Assembly: GCA_038064595.1 (NCBI GenBank)
Contig: JBBTSV010000009.1
Coordinates: 8,769-72,768, forward strand
DNA: 64,000 nucleotides
Reading direction: 5' to 3'
From: Patescibacteria group bacterium
GTDB taxonomy: Bacteria > Patescibacteriota > Minisyncoccia > Phycocordibacterales > Phycocordibacteraceae
Of this stretch, positions 28,085 through 37,109 are shown piece after piece. The position numbers and the translations under genes are program-made. Under the pieces are notes generated by a model. The model saw only the letters and a program-made list of their open reading frames with translations. It searched no databases and was not told the DNA's origin. Position 1 is the first letter of the stretch. Every line of letters begins with the position of its first letter.

Positions 28085-28130
28085 CAAAACAGTCCCGCCC
28101 GTTCATAAAGAACGGGCGGGACTGTTTTGT
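28085..28130 (+). terminator. Long perfect hairpin terminator after the RRM gene
   Basis: CACAAAACAGTCCCGCCCGTTC-ataaa-GAACGGGCGGGACTGTTTTGTG, a 22-bp perfect stem. Confidence 0.6.
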
Positions 28131-28144
28131 GGTAGCGTCTCTCT

Positions 28145-29014
28145 ATGACCAAGGACGAGCTGTGGCTCCTCACTGAAAAATACGGCGGCGCACTTTCTCC
28201 CGCATACGAAGCCGACCGCGCCCGGCTCGCCTCTGGCGAGCCGCTGGCCTACGTCATCGGCTGGCAACCTTTTCTCGGTCTCAAAATATATCTCGACTCC
28301 CACCCTCTCATTCCCCGACCAGAAACGGAGTGGTGGGTCGACGCACTGCTGCGAGAGCCGAGTCGGGGCGTTCCCGAGAAGAGAGTCCCGCAGCGCGTCG
28401 GCGCGAGGGGAGGCGATTTTTCAGCAGAAAAAGACGCCGCTCTCCTCGAGGGAACACTCGACGAGGCGCCACTGAAATTTCTCGACCTCTGCGCCGGATC
28501 GGGCGCGATAGGGTGTGCAGCATTGAAGCTGACTGACGCCGACATCTATTTTGGCGAGATCGACCCGGCGCACCAAGCAACGATTGAGAAAAATGTCCGT
28601 GAGAATGATCTCGACGCGTCGCGTGCACATATTAAAATCGGTGATCTCTTTGAGCCCTTTGGTGACATGCGTTTCGACATCATCGCCTGTAACCCGCCAT
28701 ACATTCCTACGGAGCGAGTGCTCGAGAAAAGCGTTGCCGACTACGAGCCCGCGCTCGCGCTCCGCTCGGGCAACGACGGACTCGACCTGATCCGTCGTAT
28801 CGCCACCGAGCTCCGACAGCACCTCACTCCTGCCGGAGTTGCCTGGATCGAGTGCGACAGCGCGCACGCGGCAGCTCCGACGCCCAGAGGGGGCGGAGCC
28901 CCGATCACAAGCGTCGGGGCCGCGTGCGCGCTGTTCACCTCCGCAGGCTTCTCTGCCACGATACGCACCGACCAGTACAAAGTACCCCGAGTGATTGTAG
29001 TATCATTCTCGTAA
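28145..29014 (+). CDS. prmC: Release-factor glutamine N5-methyltransferase (PrmC/HemK)
   Basis: DIIACNPPYIP (NPPY) motif, SAM-binding DLCAGSGAIG. Contains low-complexity insertions and an in-frame E2 element near the C-terminus. Confidence 0.8.
   Translation: MTKDELWLLTEKYGGALSPAYEADRARLASGEPLAYVIGWQPFLGLKIYLDSHPLIPRPETEWWVDALLREPSRGVPEKRVPQRVGARGGDFSAEKDAALLEGTLDEAPLKFLDLCAGSGAIGCAALKLTDADIYFGEIDPAHQATIEKNVRENDLDASRAHIKIGDLFEPFGDMRFDIIACNPPYIPTERVLEKSVADYEPALALRSGNDGLDLIRRIATELRQHLTPAGVAWIECDSAHAAAPTPRGGGAPITSVGAACALFTSAGFSATIRTDQYKVPRVIVVSFS
28873..28920. repeat. E2 nested-palindrome element copy 3, in frame in prmC
   Basis: gctccgacgcccagagggggcggagccccgatcacaagcgtcggggcc. Confidence 0.8.
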
Positions 29015-29274
29015 TGCCTGGACAGCCACTCCAACCCTTTGCGCCGCCGAACATGATTCTCGGTAACCTGCCCGGCGGCCTCACGTCAGGCATGCTCATA
29101 ACCTGGGGCTGGTACGCTGTGTGCGCCTTTTGGGTCGTCTACACGCTCGTCGCGATCTACCACTGGATCAAATATTCCCACGCATCTTGGGTTATGGTTC
29201 CTGCAATCGCACTCCACCTCCTAGTCTCGTCCTCTCTTATCGTCTATGCTTTTACGGGCATCTGGTATCTATGA
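29014..29274 (+). CDS. Small membrane protein (86 aa)
   Basis: Start ATG overlaps the prmC stop (TAATG); two hydrophobic helices; stop overlaps the next start (ATGA). Confidence 0.4.
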   Translation: MPGQPLQPFAPPNMILGNLPGGLTSGMLITWGWYAVCAFWVVYTLVAIYHWIKYSHASWVMVPAIALHLLVSSSLIVYAFTGIWYL

Positions 29275-29816
29275 AAGAATTTGAACTCGAACCGGGAGAG
29301 TTTGTCGTGGAGCAGCTCCGCAAACATTGGCTCCTCTTTGTGGGTGAGCTCTTGCCCTTTGCCATCCTCGCCGCCCTCCCTTTTGCGATCCCCAAACTCC
29401 TCCCCCTTGCACCACCACTCGCCTCTTTTTCAGTGTATTTCGACTACAGCACGGCGGGTGGGCGGGTCCTCTTGGGGATCTGGCTCCTTGTCACCTGGAC
29501 AAGCGCATGGGGCGCCTTTACCCGCTACTTCCTTAACGTGTGGGTGCTCACGAGCCAGAGGATCGTCAATATTAAGCAACGCCAATTCTTCTCGCGCGCC
29601 GTATCGAGCCTCTTCCTCTCCCGCGTCCAAGACGTGACCACCACAGTCGAAGGGGTCCTCTCCTCTTTTCTCAATATCGGCGATATAAAAGTGCAGTCTG
29701 CTGGTGAGGAGATCGAGTTTGTTATGCGCGGTATCCCCCGCCCAGAGTCTATGCGTGATTTGATCCTTAAGTATGTCCCTGAGGAGGATGAACAGAAACC
29801 AGCTGATCGGCAGTAA
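29271..29816 (+). CDS. Membrane protein with bacterial PH-like (YdbT/bPH_2-like) domain
   Basis: Two transmembrane helices followed by a region resembling DUF304/bPH_2 (SQRIVNIKQRQFFSRAVSSLFLSRVQDVTTTVEGVLSSFLNIGDIKVQSAG). Confidence 0.5.
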   Translation: MKEFELEPGEFVVEQLRKHWLLFVGELLPFAILAALPFAIPKLLPLAPPLASFSVYFDYSTAGGRVLLGIWLLVTWTSAWGAFTRYFLNVWVLTSQRIVNIKQRQFFSRAVSSLFLSRVQDVTTTVEGVLSSFLNIGDIKVQSAGEEIEFVMRGIPRPESMRDLILKYVPEEDEQKPADRQ

Positions 29817-29841
29817 GGGAGAGACGTGATAAAATCACGTC

Positions 29842-31077
29842 ATGAGCGAGCCTCTTTCTACCGACTCCTATAAAGGCGTCCGCGACTTCTACCCCAAGGA
29901 CTGGGCGCGGCTTTCCGCGCTCTTCACCCGTGTGCGCGAAACGCTTGCACGCTGGGGCTATGAAGAATACAACGCCTCCCCGCTCGAGCGTGCCGAACTC
30001 TATGAGGCCAAAACATCAGAAGAGATCGTGGGCGAGCAGACGTACACCTTCACCGACCGCGGCGACCGGCGCGTGACACTTCGACCCGAGATGACCCCCA
30101 CCCTTGCGCGCATGGTGGCCGGCAAGCGTCGCGAGATGCCCTTCCCGCTTCGCTGGTTCTCGATCGGCAACCGCTTCCGCTATGAGCGTCCACAGAAGGG
30201 ACGCCTCCGTGAGTTTTACCAAGTCGACGTTGACCTTGTTGGGCTCCCTGAGGGCGAGGCCGACCTTGAGATTATCCAGCTTGCCTCGGCACTCGTGCGC
30301 GACTGCGGTGCTGCTGAAAAAGATTTTGTGATACGCGTGAACTCACGCACCCTTCTCAACGCTGCGTGTAAGGCCGCAGGGTTACAAGGCGATGCGGTGC
30401 GCTCCTATCTCCATCTCTTGGACAAGCGCGCGAAGATGACCCCCGAGGCCTTCACCGCCGCGCGCGAGACTATCACAACAAAAGATCCTCTTACCTTCAT
30501 TAAGACAGATGAGATGGAGACGTTTGTCGCGACGCTGAAAGCACGTGGAGTGAGCAATGTTGTGTTTGACTCCGGAATCACGCGCGGCTTCGACTATTAC
30601 ACCGGGCTCGTTTTTGAGGTCTTCGACACGAGCCTTGAGAATCCGCGCGCACTCTTTGGCGGTGGCCGCTACGACCAGCTCGTCGCACTCTTTGGCGGTG
30701 AGCCTATCCCTGCGGTGGGCTTCGCCTTTGGCGATGTCGTTTTCGCTGACTTCCTCGAGACGCATGACCTCACGCTTCCCGCCAGCACAGCGCGCCCCCA
30801 GCTCTACCTGGGCACCCCCATCGAGAGCGATATCCCCGCGACACAAGCGTTTGCCCAGACACTGCGCGCAGAGGGTGTGCGCGTCTTCGTGAATCTCACC
30901 CAGAAGTCGCTCGGAGAGCAGATCAGGGATGCCGTGAAGCGCGAGATTCCCTTCTTCATCGCCTACGGCGCCGACGAGATCGCGAACAATACCGTGCGGA
31001 TGAAAATCCTCGCGACGAGCGAGGAAGAGGAGCTCTCTATCACCAATATCGCCGCGCGTCTGCACGCGGAAAGCTAA
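29842..31077 (+). CDS. hisS: Histidine--tRNA ligase
   Basis: GVRDFYP, class II aaRS motifs, FGGGRYD motif 3 region, and a C-terminal anticodon-binding domain. Confidence 0.9.
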   Translation: MSEPLSTDSYKGVRDFYPKDWARLSALFTRVRETLARWGYEEYNASPLERAELYEAKTSEEIVGEQTYTFTDRGDRRVTLRPEMTPTLARMVAGKRREMPFPLRWFSIGNRFRYERPQKGRLREFYQVDVDLVGLPEGEADLEIIQLASALVRDCGAAEKDFVIRVNSRTLLNAACKAAGLQGDAVRSYLHLLDKRAKMTPEAFTAARETITTKDPLTFIKTDEMETFVATLKARGVSNVVFDSGITRGFDYYTGLVFEVFDTSLENPRALFGGGRYDQLVALFGGEPIPAVGFAFGDVVFADFLETHDLTLPASTARPQLYLGTPIESDIPATQAFAQTLRAEGVRVFVNLTQKSLGEQIRDAVKREIPFFIAYGADEIANNTVRMKILATSEEEELSITNIAARLHAES

Positions 31078-31078
31078 C

Positions 31079-31660
31079 ATGCGCGCTATCACCTTTGACA
31101 TTGAATCTATATCGGACTCGATGGTGCGTGGCCGCGTCGACGTGAACGAGCAGGAGCTCATCGTGATCGCTACCCATGACTCCGAAACCGACGCCTACAC
31201 TTCCTACTTTCGTGAAGACCTGCCCAAGCTCTGGCCGATACTCGAGCATGCCGACATGCTGATTGGTTTTAATTCTGACTTCTTCGACATCCCGCTGCTC
31301 AACCGCTACTACCCCGGCGACCTCTCCCATATCCGCTCACTCGACCTCCTCGCGGAGGTGCAGAAAGTGCTCGGCCGCCGCATCCGGCTCCAGTCGCTCG
31401 CTGAAGCGACGCTGGGGAGAGGGAAAAAGGGGGATGGGCTGAAGGCACAGGACTGGTGGCGCGAGGGCAAACGCGACAAGGTCGCCGAATACTGCATTGA
31501 AGACGTGCGACTTACGCGCGAGCTCTATGACTACGCGCGTAAAAACGGTGTTCTTAAATTTAAGGATTTGCGCGATATTCGCGACATCAAGCTCGACACG
31601 AGCCGTTGGGAGGAGCAGCGCATGAACGCACCTACCCTAACTCACGCGCTACAACTATGA
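31079..31660 (+). CDS. DEDD-type 3'-5' exonuclease
   Basis: Exo I ITFDIES, Exo II FNSDFFDIPLL and Exo III YCIEDVRLT motifs in the canonical order. Confidence 0.55.
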   Translation: MRAITFDIESISDSMVRGRVDVNEQELIVIATHDSETDAYTSYFREDLPKLWPILEHADMLIGFNSDFFDIPLLNRYYPGDLSHIRSLDLLAEVQKVLGRRIRLQSLAEATLGRGKKGDGLKAQDWWREGKRDKVAEYCIEDVRLTRELYDYARKNGVLKFKDLRDIRDIKLDTSRWEEQRMNAPTLTHALQL

Positions 31661-32322
31661 AAACCTCCTCTATCCCCCTTGCGATTGTGGCTGGTGGCAT
31701 CATCATCGCCGGTGCGATCTATCTCGCTGCGCCTCGTGGTCCCGTAGCGACTGAAGACGGGGACCCGCGTCTGGTCCGACCCGTGACGAGTGCAGACCAC
31801 ATACTCGGCAACCCCACCGCACAAGCCTTTATTATCGAGTACTCCGATATCGCCTGCGACTTTTGCAAAGACTTCCACACCACCATGCGCCAGCTCATGA
31901 CTAGTGAGAGCGCGTCAGGAAAAGTAGCGTGGGTCTTCCGACACTTCCCGCTCACCGAGATACACCCCACCGCTCTCTCGCTTGCGCGCGCCACAGAGTG
32001 TGCCGCGAGTGTCGGGGGGAATGAAATGTTCTGGAAATTTACTGACGCGCTCTACGCCAAACAGCCGGTCGACCCGAGCACGCTCGGGAGCCTTGCGAGT
32101 TCAGTCGGCATCTCGGGCACTGCCTTCGCGAGCTGCTACGCAACCGCCTCGTCAACCATCGAGGCACGCATTCAAGCTGATCGCCAAAATGCGCTCGACA
32201 TTGGCGCACAAGGAACGCCTTATTCGCTCATCGTCGTCCCGGGCAAAGCACCGGTGGTCGTCGACGGCGCCTACCCCTACGACAGCCTGAAGCTCCTGCT
32301 CGACAACGCCCTCTCAAATTAA
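31657..32322 (+). CDS. DsbA-family thiol:disulfide oxidoreductase (membrane-anchored)
   Basis: N-terminal transmembrane helix; thioredoxin-fold CxxC as DIACDFCKDF. Confidence 0.7.
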   Translation: MKTSSIPLAIVAGGIIIAGAIYLAAPRGPVATEDGDPRLVRPVTSADHILGNPTAQAFIIEYSDIACDFCKDFHTTMRQLMTSESASGKVAWVFRHFPLTEIHPTALSLARATECAASVGGNEMFWKFTDALYAKQPVDPSTLGSLASSVGISGTAFASCYATASSTIEARIQADRQNALDIGAQGTPYSLIVVPGKAPVVVDGAYPYDSLKLLLDNALSN

Positions 32323-32363
32323 AGCGCGAAGGCTGTAAGCGATTTTTAGGGCTCCGCAGCGCA

Positions 32364-33209
32364 CTACTCCTCGCCGATTAAACCAAGTCGGTAGAGCTCA
32401 AAAGAGTGGTCGCCCTCGAACATGTCGGAGGGGTTGGGGAGATAGGTACGTGCGCGCATGATCTCAGCCGTTGCTTCTTCAAGGAGACGATGGAAGACGT
32501 TGAAGTCTTCAGCGTGCTCCTTAAAGTCAATCGCGTAGCGCCGCATCTGTGGGCTGCTGTCCGCATTTTTGGTCTTCTTGCACTCGTAGACGATAAATTG
32601 ACGCACCGGCTTATTGAAGAGCTCCCGCACCGTGTAGTAGTTAAATATCGCCTGAATAATAAAGAGTGTCTTGACCGCCCCGCCCTTACTAAACGCGGCG
32701 ACGAACTTATGATCGACGATATCTACCGCGCCCTCCTCCAGCTTCGACGCGACCACGAGATCAGAGACCGCCTTCAAGGGGAGCGAGAGTCCGGTGACCT
32801 CGACCACCCCCTTCACCTCGACCCCGAGCACCGTATGGCGTGGTGGACGCGCGAGGTAATAACCGATCGCACGTAGATACTCTATCTCCATTAATTTCCG
32901 TTTCTCCTTCTGTGCACGCATCGACTTAGCCTTCCCGAAATTGATTTCAAAGTCGGCAATGGCGCGTAGATACTCGAGCCCGCGCGCTATCGCGAGCTCC
33001 TTGGGCACGCCACTATAAAAATGCTCGAGCGCGTAGTGCCCTGCGCTACCCACCGCCGAGGCGGGGGTGCGCGGGGTGTCGTAGATCTCCTCGACATAGC
33101 GCGCGTACCACGCAAGTGGGTTGCGTAAAAACGCCATCAAGCTCGAGTGGCTCCAGTGCTTAATCGGCGCCTTCTTCCGCTTCCCCACCTGTTTTCTCTT
33201 TTTCTGCAT
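32364..33209 (-). CDS. PD-(D/E)XK nuclease (RecB/Cas4-like PDDEXK_1 type, no Cys cluster)
   Basis: N-terminal WSHSSLMAFLRNPLAWY, like the SxSxL..F..CP..Y motif. Catalytic region GAVDIVDHKF (D-x-D-x-K). Confidence 0.6.
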   Translation of the reverse strand: MQKKRKQVGKRKKAPIKHWSHSSLMAFLRNPLAWYARYVEEIYDTPRTPASAVGSAGHYALEHFYSGVPKELAIARGLEYLRAIADFEINFGKAKSMRAQKEKRKLMEIEYLRAIGYYLARPPRHTVLGVEVKGVVEVTGLSLPLKAVSDLVVASKLEEGAVDIVDHKFVAAFSKGGAVKTLFIIQAIFNYYTVRELFNKPVRQFIVYECKKTKNADSSPQMRRYAIDFKEHAEDFNVFHRLLEEATAEIMRARTYLPNPSDMFEGDHSFELYRLGLIGEE

Positions 33210-33228
33210 ATTTTTAGTTTAGTATAGA

Positions 33229-33273
33229 CTATCCAAGCTTTGTCCCTATAGAGACATATCTTGGATACCTCTC
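33229..33273. promoter_or_regulatory. 45-nt operator/promoter-like element copy 1 (TATCCAAG-N22-CTTGGATA), about 20 bp upstream of the nuclease gene
   Basis: ctatccaagctttgtccctatagagacatatcttggatacctc, near-identical to the copy at 33878. Confidence 0.55.
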
Positions 33274-33857
33274 TATTCTGGAGGGAGGTCAAAGTGTTCC
33301 CGGAGATGCGCATCTCGCTCCAACCGCTCTACGATCATGTACAACACATCTGCTCCTACACGAAAGCTCGCTTTAACGAGCGCAATGAGATCCTCACAGT
33401 CATATGGGTAGATCCATACACTGTCCTGTAGTCGAACAAACCCGTACTCCTGCATAAAACGACGGAGACTTACGCGTATACCCTTACGTCGCTCCGGAAT
33501 ATCAAAGATGACCACCCGCCACCGCCTATCCCAGCGTCTTTTCTTATTGCTTACCTTCTTTTCAAGTTCCATCTTGACCACAAGCTCCCCTTTTTCAGTT
33601 ATGCGCGCCACACGCCTCCCCCTCACTTCACTAAATTCTATAAGCCCGCGGGCAGCAAGACGTCCGAGCGCCGACTTTGTTTGATAATTAAACCGTGCAC
33701 CTTTCTTGTATCCGGGAAAGTACTCAATCAGACGAAGGGCGTTCGGTATCGCTACCGCCGTCATCACCACACCCCCGACAACCACCGCGGCAAGGAGTGC
33801 TTGTTGAAATGTACCCAGTCGCCGTTCGCGTCGTGCAACTCGCTCAAGATTCCCCAT
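33273..33857 (-). CDS. PaaX-like regulator: N-terminal transmembrane helix, winged HTH, and a Cas2/VapD-like fold domain
   Basis: wHTH SALGRLAARGLIEFSEVRGRRVARITEKGEL. Next comes WRVVIFDIPERRKGIRVSLRRFMQEYGFVRLQDSVWIYP. This mirrors the PaaX GKWLLLLSEG...LIWQGFGALAPSLMA segment and the Cas2 beta1-alpha1 pattern, with Asp on beta1. Confidence 0.5.
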   Translation of the reverse strand: MGNLERVARRERRLGTFQQALLAAVVVGGVVMTAVAIPNALRLIEYFPGYKKGARFNYQTKSALGRLAARGLIEFSEVRGRRVARITEKGELVVKMELEKKVSNKKRRWDRRWRVVIFDIPERRKGIRVSLRRFMQEYGFVRLQDSVWIYPYDCEDLIALVKASFRVGADVLYMIVERLERDAHLREHFDLPPE

Positions 33858-33877
33858 TCATTTCAGGCTAGCACATC

Positions 33878-33922
33878 ACTATCCAAGCTTTGTACCTATA
33901 GAGACATAGTGTGGATACCTCC
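33878..33922. promoter_or_regulatory. 45-nt operator/promoter-like element copy 2, about 20 bp upstream of the PaaX-like gene
   Basis: cactatccaagctttgtacctatagagacatagtgtggatacctcc. Confidence 0.55.
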
Positions 33923-34141
33923 TTTGTAAAAGACGGTCCGCGTGGTGACACGCGAACCGAAGCATTTGGATCTGGGCACTGATGACTCCTATTCACCCGG
34001 TCCATCTTCCGGTTCAACAGGAGCCTTGCACACTGCGTACAGCATTCCCTTATGGGAATGCTTTCCTCGATCCTCATTGGCTGTTTCCGCTTTTTCGATC
34101 ACTCTATCGTTGGATTTTTTGCAGTTCACCAAAGCAGAGAT

Positions 34142-35461
34142 CTAGTAACTCTTCAGATGGCGGGCTTTGTTGTGGGTGCGGATTTTCTCAAGCGCTTTTG
34201 CCTCGATCTGGCGGATGCGCTCTCGCGTGACGCCGAACTCTCTACCCACCTCTTCAAGCGTGTGGTAAATACCGTCCATAAGTCCATGGCGCATCTCAAG
34301 GATCCTGCGCTCCTTAGGCGAGAGATCATTCAAGATCTGACGCACCTGCTCAGAGAGAATGCGCTCTGACGACTCTTGTACTGGTGAGGGGATTTTGTCG
34401 TCGGGAATAAAGTCGCCCAGTGTGGACTTCTCATCATCATCGGAGCCAACCGGATTCTCCAAAGAGAGTGTATCTTGGTTAATCTTCTCGATTTGATAAA
34501 TCTTCTCCGGCTCAACGCCCATCTCAACTGCGATTTCTTCAGCCTGCGGATCACGCCCAAGAACCTGTGCGAGACGGCGCGAGACCTGCTTATACTTGGC
34601 GATCGTCTCCACCATATGCACGGGGATACGGATCGTGCGGCTTTGATCAGCGAGCGCGCGCGTGATCGCCTGGCGGATCCACCACGTCGCGTAGGTGGAG
34701 AACTTGTACCCCTTCTTCCAGTCAAACTTGTCCACCGCACGGAAGAGTCCCAAATTCCCTTCTTGAATAAGATCAAGGAGAGTGAGGTCTGGGCTACGGC
34801 CGACATACTTCTTGGCAATCGAGACCACGAGACGCAGGTTGCTGCGCGCGAGGATGTTGCGTGCTTCGGCGTCACTCTTCTCGATACGCTTGGCGAGCTC
34901 ACGCTCCTCAGCGGCAGTGAGGAGCGGGTACTGCCCAATCTCACGGAGATAGATCTGGATAGAATCGTAGCCGGTGGAGTGCCGGTCTTTAATGTTGCGT
35001 GTTGCGAGGTATTCGTCAGCGGCATCTTCAAGCATGCCGCCCTCGAGCACGTCTACACCGGCGATAGCAAAACGTTCGTACAGCGACTCGAGGAAGTTGA
35101 CATCCTCTTCAACATGCGGAAATGATTTTAGAATCTCGTTATAGGTGACATAGCCGCGCTCCTTTCCCTTCTCAATAAGTGCTTCAGCCGAGAGTGCTTT
35201 CTGTGCGCCGGCTTTTGCCTTTGCACCACGCACAGCAGCGCGCACCACCTGCTTCTTGGAGACCTTGTGCGTGGTCACTTTTTTGGCCTTCTTCTTGGCA
35301 GGCACGCGCTTCTTAACCGATTTTTTGATCGGCTTTCTGGTACGTTTTGTTGCTTTGGGATGAGACGTGGCCCTCTTCTTTTTGGTAGCGGATTTTTTGG
35401 TCATAAATAAAATAGGTCGGTCAACCGCCGAGCACAGAAAGACGTGCAGAGAGTGTGGCAC
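34142..35461 (-). CDS. rpoD: RNA polymerase sigma factor (sigma-70 family, primary)
   Basis: Region 1.2/2 [16 protein letters not shown], region 2.4 [14 protein letters not shown], region 4; Lys-rich N-terminus. Confidence 0.9.
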   Translation of the reverse strand: MPHSLHVFLCSAVDRPILFMTKKSATKKKRATSHPKATKRTRKPIKKSVKKRVPAKKKAKKVTTHKVSKKQVVRAAVRGAKAKAGAQKALSAEALIEKGKERGYVTYNEILKSFPHVEEDVNFLESLYERFAIAGVDVLEGGMLEDAADEYLATRNIKDRHSTGYDSIQIYLREIGQYPLLTAAEERELAKRIEKSDAEARNILARSNLRLVVSIAKKYVGRSPDLTLLDLIQEGNLGLFRAVDKFDWKKGYKFSTYATWWIRQAITRALADQSRTIRIPVHMVETIAKYKQVSRRLAQVLGRDPQAEEIAVEMGVEPEKIYQIEKINQDTLSLENPVGSDDDEKSTLGDFIPDDKIPSPVQESSERILSEQVRQILNDLSPKERRILEMRHGLMDGIYHTLEEVGREFGVTRERIRQIEAKALEKIRTHNKARHLKSY

Positions 35462-37106
35462 ACCGCTGCTGCGCCTCCGTGATGCGGAGTAAGTTGTTGG
35501 CCGTTTCGGCTCTCCGTAATTGTGCTACTGCGTCCTCATACGCCTCGCGGATCACCGCTTCTTCAAAGGCGCGGAGAAGCTCATCTCCCGCATGCTCGTC
35601 CGGACCTTCGCCCACCATTTCTTCAGCATGAAATATGGCGGCCTCCGGAGGCGAGTCAGACGGGAAGATTTCAGCCTCGGTAATTCGACAATACTCTGAT
35701 TTGACGTGCTCTGCAAGCGGTGTTTCGGGGTACGCGTGGACAAGCGCGCGCAGTAGTTCATCGCGTGTCTCACGCGCGGTACGCGTGACACCAATCTCCG
35801 ACTGAGCCCCCACCTCTCCAGTAGAGACGGGCATGCGTGGGACTCGTTTCAATGACTCCCGCACCGCTTCACTGCTCACTCCCAAGGTGCGCGCGGTCAC
35901 TTGGATAAAGTGATCCCGTTCCATCGGACTCGGGAGCGCGATCAGGAGCGGGAGCACGATAGCCTCCACCTTACGCAAGAGCCGGTGAGAGTCGTGTTCA
36001 CTCTCGGCAAGCTCGGCGAGGAAGAACTCGATAATCGGCTGCGCCGCGAGCACGCGCTTGGTGAACTCTTTGGGATCTTCGTGCACGAGATCGGCCGGAT
36101 CCTTGCCCTTAGGCAAACGTGCTGCCTTGACCCGCAGCCCGGCAGCGAGCGCGAGTGTGGCTGAGCGCGCCGTGGCGGAGAGCCCGGCCGGGTCCGCATC
36201 AAGCACGAGCATGAGGTTCTCACTAAAGCGCTTCATAAGTCGCAGGTGCTGCTCCGTAAGCGCAGTGCCCGAGAGCGCGACCGCGCTTGAGAAGCCGGCC
36301 TGATGCGCCAAGAGCACGTCCATCTGCCCTTCAACCAGCATCACGAAGCCCCGGGTCCGGATTGCATCTTTAGCACGATCAAGCCCAAAGAGAAGCTCCG
36401 ATTTGTGATAGAGCTCGGTCTCCGGACTGTTCAGATATTTCGCCGGTTCATCGGCAGAAAGTGCCCGCCCTGTGAAAGCGACCACCCGCCCCGCGCTGTC
36501 ACGAATTGGGAACATGAGTCGATTGCGGAAGCGATCATAGTAGGTGCCCGGCTTGCCGTCGGCCTCCTTCACGAGCCCGGCAGAAAGCAGCTCTTCGAGT
36601 GTGAAGCCTTTAGCGGAAAGCGCTTCTAGGAGCGCGCGCCACTCTGCCGGCGCAAAGCCAAGCCGCCACTCTTTTATCGTTTCGGCAGTGAGCCCCCGTG
36701 TATGGGCATAGGCTTCCGCCGTGCTCCCCGAAAACTGTCCGGCATACCACTCGCTCGCGGTACTCATCACAGCATACAGCCGTTCTTTTTTAGTCGAATC
36801 TTCTCGCGGACCACCTTGGTATGTTTCAATCACCACGCCGGCTTTCTCAGCGAGAATCTTGAGCGCACCCTTGAAGTCGACCCCTTCGATTTTCTCGATG
36901 AATGAGAACCCATCCCCGCCGAGCCCACAGCCAAAGCAGTGCCACGTCCCCCGCTCTGGAGAAACATGGAAGCTGGGCGTCTTCTCTTTATGAAAGGGGC
37001 AGAGCCCTCTCACCGACTTTCCCGCCCGCACAAGCTTCACGTACGGACTGACGATGTCCGTAATCGAGAGACGCTCCTTGATGAGAGCGACCGTGTCTTG
37101 TGCCAT
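35421..37106 (-). CDS. dnaG: DNA primase
   Basis: Zinc ribbon [13 protein letters not shown]...[10 protein letters not shown]; TOPRIM region with MLVEGQMDV. Confidence 0.9.
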   Translation of the reverse strand: MAQDTVALIKERLSITDIVSPYVKLVRAGKSVRGLCPFHKEKTPSFHVSPERGTWHCFGCGLGGDGFSFIEKIEGVDFKGALKILAEKAGVVIETYQGGPREDSTKKERLYAVMSTASEWYAGQFSGSTAEAYAHTRGLTAETIKEWRLGFAPAEWRALLEALSAKGFTLEELLSAGLVKEADGKPGTYYDRFRNRLMFPIRDSAGRVVAFTGRALSADEPAKYLNSPETELYHKSELLFGLDRAKDAIRTRGFVMLVEGQMDVLLAHQAGFSSAVALSGTALTEQHLRLMKRFSENLMLVLDADPAGLSATARSATLALAAGLRVKAARLPKGKDPADLVHEDPKEFTKRVLAAQPIIEFFLAELAESEHDSHRLLRKVEAIVLPLLIALPSPMERDHFIQVTARTLGVSSEAVRESLKRVPRMPVSTGEVGAQSEIGVTRTARETRDELLRALVHAYPETPLAEHVKSEYCRITEAEIFPSDSPPEAAIFHAEEMVGEGPDEHAGDELLRAFEEAVIREAYEDAVAQLRRAETANNLLRITEAQQRCATLSARLSVLGG

Positions 37107-37109
37107 AGA

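Noticed and set aside
28370-28460. Low-complexity insertion in prmC (VPEKRVPQRVGARGGDFSAEKDAALLEG) as a possible third palindromic element.
   Set aside because: No clear inverted-repeat arms, so this is probably just a lineage-specific loop.
33930-34141. Possible tRNA in the 280-bp gap upstream of the PaaX-like gene.
   Set aside because: No cloverleaf with a GTTCRANYC T-loop. The region instead contains a hairpin (GCATTCCC-ttat-GGGAATGC) consistent with the rpoD terminator.
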